From Mobula hypostoma (Eukaryota), in NCBI RefSeq assembly GCF_963921235.1, contig NC_086097.1, positions 107,014,001-107,078,000 of the forward strand: a stretch of DNA of 64,000 bases, read 5' to 3'. Numbering within the stretch: the stretch's first letter is position 1; every line of letters begins with the position of its first letter. Position numbers and translations under genes: made by a program. Shown piece after piece: positions 48,080-60,880 of this stretch. Below the pieces are notes generated by a model. The model was not told where the DNA came from. It was given only the letters and a program-made list of their open reading frames with translations, and ran no database searches.

Positions 48080-48823
48080 ATGTCTTCCTTTTTTAAAGAA
48101 AGGGGCTTCCCTTCCTCCACTATCAACTCTGCTCTTAAATGTATCTCCCCCATTTCACATACATCTGCTCTCACTCCATCCTCCCACCACCCCACTAGGA
48201 ATAGAGTTCCCCTGGCCCTCACCTACCACCCCACCAGCCTCCGGGTCCAACATATTATTCTCCGTAACTTCCGCCACCTCCAACGGGATCCCACCACTAA
48301 GCACATCTTTCCCTCCCCCCTTCTCTCTGCATTCCGCAGGGATCGCTCCCTACACAACTCCCTTGTCCATTCATCCCCCCCATCCCTCCCCACTAATCTC
48401 CCTCCTGGCACTTATCCGTGTAAGCGGAACAAGTGCTACACATGCCCTTACACTTCCTCCCTTACCACCATTCAGGGCCCCAAACAGTCCTTCCAGGTGA
48501 GGCATCACTTCACCTGTGAGTCGACTGGGGTGGTATACTGCGTCCGGTGCTCCCGATGTGGCCTTTTATATATTGGTGAGACCCGACGCAGACTGGGAGA
48601 CCGCTTTGCTGAACATCTACGCTCTGTCCGCCAGAGAAAGCAGGATCTCCCAGTGGCCACACATTTTAATTCCACATCCCATTCCCATTCTGACATGTCT
48701 ATCCACGGCCTCCTCTACTGTAAAGATGAAGCCACACTCAGGTTGAAGGAACAACACCTTATATTCCGTATGGGTAGCCTCCAACCTGATGGCATGAACA
48801 TTGACTTCTCTAACTTCCGCTAG
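48080..48823 (+). CDS. PLE C-terminal fragment (linker + GIY-YIG)
   Basis: ERGFP, CKRNKCYTC, VVYCVRCSRCGLLYIGETRRRL..RF.EH. Confidence 0.7.
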   Translation: MSSFFKERGFPSSTINSALKCISPISHTSALTPSSHHPTRNRVPLALTYHPTSLRVQHIILRNFRHLQRDPTTKHIFPSPLLSAFRRDRSLHNSLVHSSPPSLPTNLPPGTYPCKRNKCYTCPYTSSLTTIQGPKQSFQVRHHFTCESTGVVYCVRCSRCGLLYIGETRRRLGDRFAEHLRSVRQRKQDLPVATHFNSTSHSHSDMSIHGLLYCKDEATLRLKEQHLIFRMGSLQPDGMNIDFSNFR

Positions 48824-49115
48824 GCCCCACCTCCCCCTCGTACCCCATCTGTTACTCTTTTATGCACACATTCTTTCTCTCACTCTCCTTTTTCTCCCTC
48901 TGTCCCTCTGAATATACCTCTTGCCCATCCTCTGGGTCACCCACCCCCCCTTCTTTCTTCCCGGACCTCCTGTCCCATGATCCTCTCGTATCCCCTTCTG
49001 CCTATCACCTGTCCAGCTCTCGGCTCCATCCCTCCCCCTCCTGTCTTCTCCTATCATTTTGGATCTCCCCCTCCCCCTCCAGCTTTCAAATCCCTTACTC
49101 ACTCTTCCTTCAGTT

Positions 49116-49151
49116 AGTCCTGACGAAGGGTCTCGGCCTGAAACGTCGACT
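49116..49151 (+). ncRNA. Minimal type I hammerhead ribozyme, consensus core
   Basis: AGTC CTGACGA AGGGTCTCGGCCT GAAAC GTC^GACT; predicted cleavage after C49147. Confidence 0.85.
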
Positions 49152-51409
49152 GCGCCTCTTCCTATAGATGCTGCCTGGCCTGCTGCGTTCACCAGCAACT
49201 TTGATGTATGTCAATTCAATAGGGTTCGGGTCCTAGAGCAAGGAACAACCTGAAATCTGGACAATTTAAACGCAGGGCCAGATAGATTGAAAAGGCACGG
49301 TGTCAGGACCAGAGGCAAGAGAATCAGGCCAGGCCAGTTCTGCTCCCTGCTCCACAATGTTTGCTCCACTCTTTGCTGCACTGAGGCAGAGGCTAATAAT
49401 CTGTTCCAACTGCTCCAGGCTTCATGTTTTTGAGCTCCATAATATCTGTGTGATGAACTGAGACTGAGGCTGAGGCTGTGGGCCTGCTCCGGCTGCTCCA
49501 GGCTTTGTGTCTATGGACGCACTTTCATTCTGAATGCCATTTACTTACCTCAATTGTGTGCATGATCTGTTTCTCTCTCTCTCTCCCTGTGTGCACATTG
49601 CATGTTTATTGGATTTTTTAATGGGTTTTTTTGGGGTTTCTTGTTTTGTGGCTGTAAGGAGACGAATCTCAAGGTTATATAATGTACAAGTACTTCGATA
49701 ATAAATGTACATTGAACTTTGCTGCTGTTGTTGGATGAGGCATGTGGATGACTTTATGGCCATGGGCAGACCAGCACAGGCAATTCTAGGTGGGGAACTA
49801 CGCCAGTATAATTTGGCCTTTTATTGTGAAAGCCAAGCATAATAATATTTGTCAATCTGTCAGGAGAACATTGCATAATTTAGTAGAAGGTAAAGTCATT
49901 TAGGACAGTTTTGCTTTGGGAATGGTCCATTAACTGCTATTTTGCATTTGTATAACGTAGCAGCACCACAATTCCATAAAAACTTCTACTCTTTCACTTC
50001 ATTCACCAAAAACTTTACAACATAGACTTCAAAGTATTGCCCAGAGTGTAGTTGAAGTAATTGCATACCTTAAAAAAAACACAATCGGTTCAAAAGAACA
50101 AAATGGGATTAATTAGATAGCTTTTTCCAGAGCTGGAAAGAGCACAATGGACCATATGCTGCATGATACTCCATGATTGCCATTAAATATGCTAATGTTT
50201 TGATTTTAAATTGATCAGATTGAACAGTATTTTCGAAGACACTTTTAGTTTTGTCCCAGAGGTACGAGTAATATTGGCAAGATACACTTATTACCCAACC
50301 CCCAACTGCCCTCAGGTGGTGATGACGGGCATTATCCTTGAACCACTGCTGTCTGATTAGCCATCTTTAAAAAGCCACAACACAGAAAATGACCATTCAC
50401 AACAAAATTAGTTACTTGTATATTAACTTCTATACTTGCATTGGTTACTTTAACTGTGATCGGAGTTAATTTTGTGTTTATCCTTGGAATCGTCCAGAAA
50501 GATGTGCTATCAGTATAATATGGTTTGCCAACAGCATCTAAGCAATGAACATTCTCATATTATTTGACATATGGTGCTTTTGACCATGTTTTGTGTTTGC
50601 CATTCGCACCTCCCTCACTCCTTCTGCTAAATTCTCTTCATGGAAACAAACCAATTAATTTTGTGCAGTCTTCATGTTAGGCTCAAGCCCTGAAAAGAAT
50701 AGACACACTGCTCGTGGGGCACCTAGAGAGACAGTATAAAGAAAATACATCATTTTAAATTCAAGCCCAATAGTTTACTTATCTCAATAAAGACAGGAAG
50801 CTCCTTTCATATAATATTTCAAGTGCACTGGCATTCAATCTATTGCCATTTATTCTTCCAGTGTGATACTACAGGCAATGTGGGCAGCTGCAAAACAGAA
50901 GCTGCAGCAGGAGGCAAGATGTAGACTTATGGCATAAATCCAAAAATTCAATTCATACTCCATGCAAAACAACTCTGAAGGATTACTGCAAATGATTGTA
51001 AAGTGACTGCTGACCCACTTAAAAACAGCTTCCCCCCCCCATTTCTTCTCTCTGTGGACCCAGAATACACGAAAAATTTACATGTCCATTTTATTAATAG
51101 TTCAAGCAGCCATCCTGTTCACAGTAAAAATAGTCCAAAAGTCAATCTTTTCTTTATTACAGTTCAAAAAATGGAAGTTCTAGTACTGGTTTTGGTTTCA
51201 AGTGATCAGGTTTATTTTTCTTGAAATTACTTATAATGTTTTATGTGACCTGAATTGAATCTGTGGCACATCAGGTACTCCGATCCTAGGATTGATACTT
51301 AAAGCAGTTAGCTTACTGTTATATCATTGACCTGGTGTAGGAGACGGAAAAAATAAAATCAAATAGCATCTGAAATAATTATTTATAACTTATTAGAAAA
51401 AGTAAACTC

Positions 51410-51577
51410 CACCATGGACGGTGTGAGTTGAGCATAGGGATAGCAACCCCATCCATAAAAACCCAGCACTACAAAAAGGTCAAAACCTGAAAGACTGGCC
51501 CAGGACAGAGGACTCAGGTGAGCTGCTGTCAACTGCCTATGCCCCAGTAGGGGTGATGGGCTAAGAAGAAAGAAGAA
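51410..51577 (+). mobile_element. Short RTE-related SINE-like element
   Basis: gggatagcaaccccatccataaaaac ... gcctatgccccagtaggggtgatgggct(aag)n. Confidence 0.55.
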
Positions 51578-52473
51578 TTAGAAAGTGGAACATTTGACTT
51601 CCAAATCTGCCTTTATATTTTGTAGTTCATCTATATTTTCCCTGTTTGAAAGCATTAGTTACAATACTGTCAATGCATAGTACATAACAAAATTGACAAA
51701 CAGTATTACAATTAGAGCATTAATTGTCAAATGCAATATATAATAGGACACCACAACAAATAATCTTTTCAGATTCCAGGTTTAATTTCTAATGCATTAG
51801 GACAGAGTTGATTTCATGAAGGACATCAGTTTTAATTGGTCTCTCTACTCTAAAGTAATGCAGTGGAAAATGACTACTGTAGAGATGTGTTCAACATGCT
51901 TTGCTGAATATGGCTTAGACAAATGCAAAAACAGACAAGACTTGTTAGAGGTTACCTATACTCAAATACTCTCCCAGCACATACTCAAGGTACAGGACAA
52001 AGATATAGGCTAGTTGGATAATGCATATTTTGCAATTTTTTTCTAAGTCCCTGGAGGTAGTGCAGAAAATGGGGCAGGTCACTGAAGAATCCCAGCCAAA
52101 GTTAAGGTAGTAATTTTAATATTAACTGTTGGTTTTGACATTATAGACTAAATAATAACCAAGCCACACACGCAGTATATTTAGGCATTGCACACTATCA
52201 AACCTACACACTGCCTTTGATCTCAAACTGTATTCAGAAATCAATCATTTTTCCACATGTCATCTGTAAACTTTGGGTGTAGCTGTGTGTTGTGGGCCCA
52301 TGTCCATTGAGAATTGAAATATTGCTTGATATCCCTTCTTTGGAGCTTTAACAGCTGTTGGGCTGGTGACTTCCACTTCATCAATCTGAGCTGCATTTGA
52401 ATTCAAACCCAGGTCTCAGACTTGAACATATAGTTATTTAACATACAATACTTTCTAGTTCCTTCGATACCTT

Positions 52474-52686
52474 GTAACACCCACAAAATGCTGGAGGAAC
52501 TCAGCAGGCCAGGCAGCACCTATGGAAAAAACTATCTGACGTTTCAGAGTGTCCTGCCGAAGGGTTTTGGCCCAAAATGTTAACTGTACTTTTTTCCCAT
52601 AGATGCTGCCTGGCCTGCTGAGTTCCTCCAGCATTTTGTTTGTGTTGCTTGGATTTCCAGCATCTGCAGATTTTCTCTTGTTTGTG
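52474..52686. mobile_element. Palindromic mini-PLE (different subfamily)
   Basis: Inverted arms around ~52548; TSD cctt(c/g)gatacctt at 52461-52473 and 52687-52699. Confidence 0.85.
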
Positions 52687-53329
52687 CCTTGGATACCTTT
52701 AGTTGAATTAGTGAATCGTACAATTGTTTCAAATAAAATTGTAGAAAATAAACATGGATCAAACATGCAATAAATTATAATTAAACAATGGAAATATCTA
52801 GCTCAAAGCAAAACACATGCCAAAGCACCTTGTATATTGTTCACAATGTAGTGACAAATGTTAACAAAAATCATAGAATATATCAGACACAACAGCACAA
52901 AAATTACAACAAATTATAGTAATAGTACCAATAGGGAGATATTTATCTCTAACTACATAATGATTTAGATCTTGAAATAGTATGATGGCAAATTTATCAA
53001 TACTCACTGTCCTATACACACACTTAACCATCGTGCTTCAAAGATTGTTCCAATCTCCAAAGCAGGCAAGCAAATAACTTGAATTCCCATGAATTTATGA
53101 TACTTAAATTTGCACTACAAACAATTTCCATTACAAAAGATGCTGGAATCTGGAGGGAGCCTATCACAATATGGAATGAATAAAAAGGATGTGTTTAATG
53201 TCAGATTAATGTTGATGATTGACATGGACGCGGTGGTCTGAAAGGTTTGTTTATAGTCACAGAGTCATACAATTGGCCCTCTAGCCCAACTCATCCATGT
53301 CAAACAAGTTTTCGTAATGAGCTAGTCCT

Positions 53330-55770
53330 ACTAGGTGTAACAATAACAGGGTTTTTGTGGTGGGAGATTTTAATTTCCCAAATATCGATTGGCATGTCCC
53401 TGGAGCGAGGGGTTTAGATGGGGTGGAGTTTGTTAGGTGTGTTCAGGAAACAATATGTAGATAAGCCAACAAGAGGGGAGGCTGTACTTGCTCTGGTATT
53501 GGGAAATGAACCTGGTCAGGTGTCAAATCTCTCAGTGGGAGAGCATTTTGGAGACAGTGATCACAATTCTATCTCTTTTACCACAGCATCAGAGAGGGAT
53601 AGGAACAGACAAGTTAGGAAAACATTTAATTGGAGTAAGGGGAAATATGAGGCTATCATGCAGGAACTTGGAAGCATACATTGGAAACAGAAGTTTTCAG
53701 GGAAATGTACAGAAGAAATGTGGTAAATGTTCAGGGGATATTTGCATGGAGTTCTGCATAGGTACATTCCAATGAGACAGAGAAAGGATGATAGGGTACA
53801 GGAACCGTGGTGTACAAAAGCTGTTGTAAATCTAGTCAAGAAAAGAAGAGCTTACGGAAGGTTCAAAAAGCTAGGTAATAATAGAGAACTAGAAAATTAT
53901 AAGGCTAGCAGGAAGGAGCTCAAGGAAGAAATTAGGAGAACCAGAAGGGGCCATGAGAAGGCCTTGGCAAACAGGATTAAGGAAAATCCCAAGGCATTCT
54001 ACAAGTATGTGAAGAGCAAGAGGATACGACATGAGCTAATAGAACCAATCAAGCGTGACTATGGAAAAGTGTGTATGGAACCAGAAGAGATAGCGAAGGT
54101 ACTTAATGAGTACTTTGCTTCAGTATTTACTACAGGAAAGGATCTTGGCGATTGTAAGGATGACTTACAGTGGACTGAAAAGCTTGAACATGTAGATATT
54201 AAGAAAGGATGTGCAGGAGCTTTTGGAAAGCATCAAGTTAGATAAGTCACCAGGACCAGACCAGATGTACCCCATGCTACTGTGGGAGGCGAGGGAGGAG
54301 ATTGCTGAGCCTCTGGAGATGATCTTTGCATCATCGATGGGGATGGGAGAGGTTCTGGAGGATTGGAAGGTTGCAGATGTTGTTCCATTATTCAAGAAAG
54401 GGAGTAGAGATAGCCCAGGAAATTATAGACCAGTGAGTCTTACGTCAATGGTTGGTAAGTTGATGGAGAAGATCCTGACAGGCAGGATTTATGAACATTT
54501 GGGAAATAGTCAGCCTGGCTTTGTCAAAGACAGGTCATGCTTTACTAGCCTGAATGAATTTTTTGAGGATGTGACTAAACATATTGATGATGGTAGAGCA
54601 GTAGATGTAGTGTATATGGATTTCAGCAAAGCATTTGACAAGGCACCCCATGCAAGGTTTATTGGGAAAGTAAGGAGGCATGGGATCGAAGGGGAAATTG
54701 CTTTGTGGATCCAGAACTGGCTTGTCCACAGAAGGCAAAGAGTGGTTGTAGACGGGTCATATTCTGCATGGAGGTCGGTCACCAGTGGTGTGCCTCAGGG
54801 ATCTGTTCTGGGACCTGGATGAAGAAGTGGAGGGATGGGTTAGTAAATTTGCTGATGACACAAAGGTTGGAGATGCTGTGGATAGTGTGGTGGGCTGTCA
54901 GAGGTTACAGCAGGACATTGACAGAATGCAAGACGGGCTGAGAAGTGGCAGATGGAGTTCAACCCAGATAAGTGTGAGGTGGTTCATTTTGGTAGGTCAA
55001 ATATGATGACAGAATATAGTTTTAATGGTAAGACTCTTGGCAGTGTGGAGGATCAGAGGGATCTTGGGGTCTGAATCCATAGGACACTCAAGGCTACCGC
55101 GCAGGTTGACTCTGTGGTGAAGAAAGCACATGGTGCATTGGCCTTCGTCAACCGTGGGGTTGAGTTTAGGAGCTGAGAGGTAATGTTGCAGCTATATAGG
55201 ACCCTGGTCAGACCCCATTTGGAGTACTGTGCTCAGTTTTGGTCGCCTCACTATGGGAAGGATGTGGAAACCATAGAAAGGGTGCAGAGGAGATTTACAA
55301 GGATGTTGCCTGGATTGGGGAGCATGCCTTATGAGAATAGGTTGAGTGAACTCGGCCTTTTCTTTGGAGCAACAGAGGATGGGAGGTGACCTGATAGGGG
55401 TGTATAAGATAATGAGAAGCATTGATCGTGTGGATAGTCAGAGGCCTTTTCCCAGGGCTGAAATGGCTAGTACGAGAGGGTACAGTTTTAAGGTGCTTGG
55501 AACAGGTACAGAGGAGATATGAAGGGTAAGTTTTGTTTTGTTGTTTTTTTTAAACGCACAGAGTGGTGAGTGCATGGAATAGGCGGCTGGCAACGGTGGT
55601 GGAGGCAGATACGATAGGGTCTTTTAAGAGACTCCTAGACAGGTATATGGAGCTCAGAAAAATACAGGGCTATGGGTAACCCTAGGTGATACCTCAGGTA
55701 AGGACATATTCAGCACAGCTTTGTGGGCTGAAGGGCCTGTATTGTGCTGTAGGTTTTCTTTGTTTCTATG
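53330..55770 (+). mobile_element. CR1 LINE ORF2 (endonuclease end through 3' UTR), multiple frameshifts
   Basis: ORFs 53418..53726, 53727..54245, 54211..54822, 54785..55006 (KFADDTK) and 55183..55389. Confidence 0.93.
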
Positions 55771-56818
55771 TTACTTGCCTATATTTGGCTCATATCCCTC
55801 TAGGTCTTTCCTATCCAGTAACCCTGACCAAATATCTTTTAAACGTGGTAATTATACCTGCACCCGTAACTTCCTCTGGAAGCTCATTCAATATATCCAG
55901 TACCGTCTGTATGAGAAGCTTGCCCCTCGTCCCCTTTAAATCTTTCCCCTCACTCTAAACCATACACCTTTTTCACCCCCTTGTCTACCTGTGTGACCAC
56001 TTCCAGAGAACTATGTGCTAGTCTCTCTAGAGTTCTCTGATCTAGAACACATCCCAGGGCTGCTGTGCAAGTGTTGCTCTGGTTTATCTTTCCACAATTT
56101 TCACATTTGTTAAATTTAAATTCTATCTGTCATCCCCTAGCCCACTTTCCCAGTTGACCCAAATCTACTGTAACATTGGAGAGCCTTTGTCACTATCACT
56201 ATGGACACTATCAATTTTCGTGTCATTTGCAAACTTACAACTGATATGCACCTACATTTTCATTTAAGTATGATAATATAAAAATATTTATCATGAATTT
56301 ATTATTAAATGTAATAACTGAAGTCCCAGCACCAATCCCTGTCATACAGCACTGGCCACATACCTCCAATGTGACAAGTAACTCCCCATTACCATCTTCT
56401 GACTCCTGCAACCAAGTTAATTTTGTGTCCGATGTGTTATATCACTTCACAAATCTCTATGTTCAGTCAAAGCAAGTACTTCCTCTGTCACTCCATCCAG
56501 TATTGATAGGATCACCTAATACTTGAAGATAGTTGCCAATTGATACCTCATAACTTTACGTAAGATTTGGAACTTTCTAGACTTGCTACTTTTGCAACAA
56601 TCTGAAGGGTCTGGTATACTGTTGTTGAAAGTCTGCTTTGGCTTCAAATTTCTGTACCAACCTGTTGCTCTTAATAGACTGATTAGTAGGCTTGTTGTTT
56701 AGATTCTTAATACTTGAGGACACAGTAATCAACCCAATAGAACCCCATCAGCGGTCTTAAAAATTATTCATTTATTCTTACTCTGTTTTTGCTCATTAGT
56801 CAATCCACAATTCTTGCT

Positions 56819-57046
56819 CAAACACGAGGAATTCTGCAGAAGCTGGAAATTCAAGCAACACACATCAAAGTTGCAGGTGAACGCAGCAGGCCAGGCAGCA
56901 TCTCCAGGAAGAGGTACAGTCGATGTTTCGGGCCAAGACCCTTCGCAGAGTCCTGACGAAGGGTCTCAGCCCGAAACATCCACTGTACCTCTTTGTAGAG
57001 ATGCTGCCTGGCCTGTTGCTTTCACCAGCAACTTTGATGTGTGTTG
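56819..57046. mobile_element. Palindromic mini-PLE (~228 bp)
   Basis: Inverted arms around ~56947; plus-strand hammerhead motif 56949-56984; 14 bp TSD ccacaattcttgct at 56805-56818 and 57047-57060. Confidence 0.92.
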
Positions 57047-60000
57047 CCACAATTCTTGCTAGTACTTTTTCCCAAAACAATACGTTTTCAAATGCTGAAT
57101 GGAATGGAACTAAAGATGGTGCCAGAGGTAGACTTCTCCTAGCCCATCAGCGAAAGTTAAATTCTTCCTCTTCTAATGTCTCTACTTTCATTTTCAAGGT
57201 GGCTGGGGCTCCAAAGTCTGTGATCTACAGTAGCACTTAAACTATGGTTCTGCACCGCGGTGCTTTCCCATTCTTGGTGCTCACTGATCAATGTGCAGCC
57301 TGAAGTTGGGCGCCTTTGGGTTGCAGCTTTATGTGGCTCAGTGGACACAAATTCTTTCCAGCGTTGCAAAATGAAGGTGGTACATTGGGACAGCTTTTTG
57401 CCTCTCTTACTGTAGAAGGAATGATATGTCTCTGCTTTCTGAGAAGAGAGAGCTTGAGGGATGTCAAATTGTTGGAATGAACAGTTTGTTTTGATGGACT
57501 GTGGACTATGGTCTCCCCTTGGGGACTTTACTGTTGCTTGCATCATGGGTGGTGGGTGTGCTGATGCTATCTGCTAGATTAAGTTGAGGGGGGGTGGGAG
57601 GGTTGATGCTGCTTGCATGTGGGAGGGGGGCCAGGGGCTTTGGGGTTCTTACATTTTTTTCTGTCATTCATTCTTTGGGATTTTTCTTCTGTTTCAAGAA
57701 TATCTGCAGAGAGTAAGAGTTTCATGTTGTATATCATATGCATTCTCTGATATTAAAACAGAACCATTGAACATTTTAAGGCACCTTAGGGAACTCAAAG
57801 TACATTGCTTCCAAGAGATGTGTCAATGAACTCTGATAACCTCATTAAATCATTTCTTTTTCACAAAACCACATGACTCTATTTGTATTAGCAATGCACT
57901 GACAGAACACAAATATTACTGCTGTTGCTCTATGGGAGAACCACAATTTCATGCTCCTTGGCCTGATTAATCGAAGAAAGCGAATGGAACAGTTTACTTA
58001 ACTGGTAGAATACTACATATTCATTTGAATGCATCTCCAAAGTCACAACAGCAGGAGCAGTTGCACTGTAGCACTGAGAAAGTTCTGTTTGGTCTGCAAT
58101 GCAAGTTAAGCAGCAAGTTGAAAAGTGGTAGGTCATATAGCTATCAACAAGTAAAAGTACGCAGATGAGGGAATTCTGAAATCAAAATATAATACATTGA
58201 CAATGCTTAGCAGGTTATGCATCTTCTACAGAGAGAGGAACAAAATTCCTATTTCAGTTAAATGACCTTTCATTGGATTTTTCTTTGGAGTTGGAGCTAT
58301 ACAGTTCCTCTGGCAAGCCTATCAAAAGGCCAGACATTTCACTGTACACACCCTTTAGCCTTACTCTATAGGGTATTCCATCAAGTTCCTGAGTCCATTA
58401 CAGCAGAATCTCATGTTATTCTATACAGAGTGCAGACCATTCATTTCCAGTGATCCTTCATGTCCCCCTCCAAAGTACATAGAATGTCTACAGCTAATTC
58501 CATCTTTGTAGGCAAAAGCTGTAGCTACAGAGAGTGGTATAAAATTACACCAGCTGCACCTTGTAAATGAGATGAGATTGTGGAATGTGGTAAGTGCAAG
58601 ACACATATTCAGTGATGGAAACTCCATTCTCCCAAACACACCCTTGCAATTGGAATAAGCTCATCCATTATCAGTCAGGTACTGCAGTGTTTGAGTGCTT
58701 CCTCGTTTTGCAAGAAAGGAAGGTGTGGCAAATTTCCAACCATGCATTTGGATGACCGATCTCCCACGTGAATAGTCAGTAGCCTGTATAGCATTGAAGT
58801 GTGAGTCTGAGGCTTACAGCAGATATGTCTATGAGGAGAAACAGGAGTAAAATTAATATTAGTTATCTATCCTGATTGACAGAAATTGCAGGCAGGCAAG
58901 TGAAAATGGTACTGTGAAGAACTGAGCGCAGACTATGATGTGTAATGCGGTTATTAGAAAATGACATTCAAAAACACAGACAGAAAACTTCATTCTGCAT
59001 GTGAGGTCACTAAGGCACTGTAGTTAAGTAGTTAAGGACCCCCAAAAGAAGCCGGACATCTTTCCTCCTCTCCACCAAGCCCCAAGTATAGCACAGAAAA
59101 ATGTGGGTTCTGTGTATTTCTATGTGATTATATTATTGAATATCTCGCAAATTAACTCCAGTTGCTTATAGCAGCAAATATGCACTTCTTTTTAAGAGAT
59201 ATATCCAGGCTTCTATCGTGAACTATTACTGCCCATCACACAGTAGACCTCTGGCAAAGCAGCAAAACAATGAAAAGTATGTTTAGTACTGATTTCACTC
59301 AGAATTAATTGAGTGTTGCCTATTTCAGAAAATAAAACAAGCTCAGATTGATTATGGATTGGGTTACCAGTTCCCATTTTCTGAGGGAATCCAGTTTAAG
59401 CCTCTATTTATGCTACAGGTCTTGGTTTGTTTCTCATGTGCCAAATGAAAAGCATCCACCAGATTTTATTCATACACTATCTATAGTTTAGAAGATAGGA
59501 AAACCACAAAAAAGCACTCAGCTCAGAAGATCCCGACAAAACGTTTATTTTTTTAAAATTCTCTTTCCACTAGTCCAGTATATGTCTCAGTTTTGCAAAG
59601 ATCAATGCATATTTTAACCTCAGACTGTTGTTAACAAATACAGAACTGTTGCCAGTTGTTCTCAAAATGAAAATTCCAATAACGGGAATGTTCATTCTGA
59701 TCACATCAGACTGCACTACCCTTCTCTCAAAGGGTGCCCCAACAAGTCACCCTGTTGTCTAGATAAAAATAATATTCTCTGAAGTAAACACGAGAGACTG
59801 CAAATGCTGGAACCTGGAGCAACATACAATCTGCTGGAAGATCTCAACAGGTCAGAGCTACTACGGAAGAATAGAATTGTTGTCATTTGGATCAAAACTC
59901 TACATCAGGACTGAGTGGAGAGGAGAAATGGATGGAATAAAGAGGAGAAGGAGAGTAGTCAATGAAGGAAAATATTCTACCAAGTTCAGACATATAAGGC

Positions 60001-60282
60001 ACCTGAAGAAAGCTAGCTTTATCAAATTAAGAGAAATATCAAATAAAAGTTGAATACTTTCTCATGAGATTTTAATGTTTTTTTAAAGTCAACCCATTGA
60101 ACCCTTTTCAAAATCATTGGTTAACTCTTGAATTTTTTTTTGAGTGCTACAGAAATGTTTTATAAGAACATCTCCACAAAAACAAAATAAATTTTTAAAT
60201 CAGAAGTATGTGAACTGTTATGCAAAGGTTAGTCAGAGCAACAAGCCAGTCTAATTTCAACCTACAAATCAGGCAGATAATG

Positions 60283-60880
60283 AACACAACAGATTCTGTA
60301 GATGCTGGAAATCCAGAGCAAGACACCCAAATTGATGGAAGAACTCGGCAGGTCAGGCAACATCTATGGAAATGAATAAACAGTTGGCATTTTGGCTGAG
60401 ACCTTCCACCAGGACTGGAAAGGAAGGGGAAAGATGCCAGAATATAAGGTGGAAGAGAGGGGGAGGAGGACAAGCTAGAAGGTGATACATGAAGCCAGGT
60501 GGGTGGGGGAGAGGGAAATGAAGCAAGAAGCTGTGATAGGTGGGAAAGGAAAATGGCTGGAGATAGAAGAGAATGGGCCATGGAGAAATGGAAGGAGGAA
60601 GGACACCAGTGGTTGGTGGTAGGCAGGTGAGGAGAAGAGGTAAGAGGCCAGGATGAGGAATAGAAGAGGGAAGCGGGAGGTGGAAAGAATTACCAGAGGG
60701 AGAAATCAATATTCATGCCTTCAGGTCAGAGGTTATCTAGATGGAATGAGGTGTTGCTCCTCCAACCTGAAAGCGATTTCATTATGGCAAAAAAGGAGCC
60801 CATGTCGAATAGGAATGGGGAAAGGAATTAAAACGGCCAACCTCTGGGAAATTCTGCCTTTTGCAAATGGAGTGGAGATA
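60283..60880 (-). mobile_element. Old PLE 3' fragment with tail (smaller remnants at ~58150-58290, ~59785-59960, ~61000-61140)
   Basis: ORF 60733..60969 HGLLFCHNEIAFRLEEQHLI; aacacaacagattctgtagatgctggaaatcc terminus. Confidence 0.75.

Larger units (their letters stand above)
45988..49210. mobile_element. 3.2 kb fold-back PLE insertion (minus arm 45988-47933, plus arm 47933-49210)
   Basis: Both 3' ends face outward; 14 bp TSD tcaattcaataggg at 45974-45987 and 49211-49224. Confidence 0.95.

Noticed and set aside
49720..53330. Host coding exons in the less repetitive stretches (also 57800-59780)
   Set aside because: Only short ORFs with no recognisable homology; conserved non-coding function cannot be judged from one sequence
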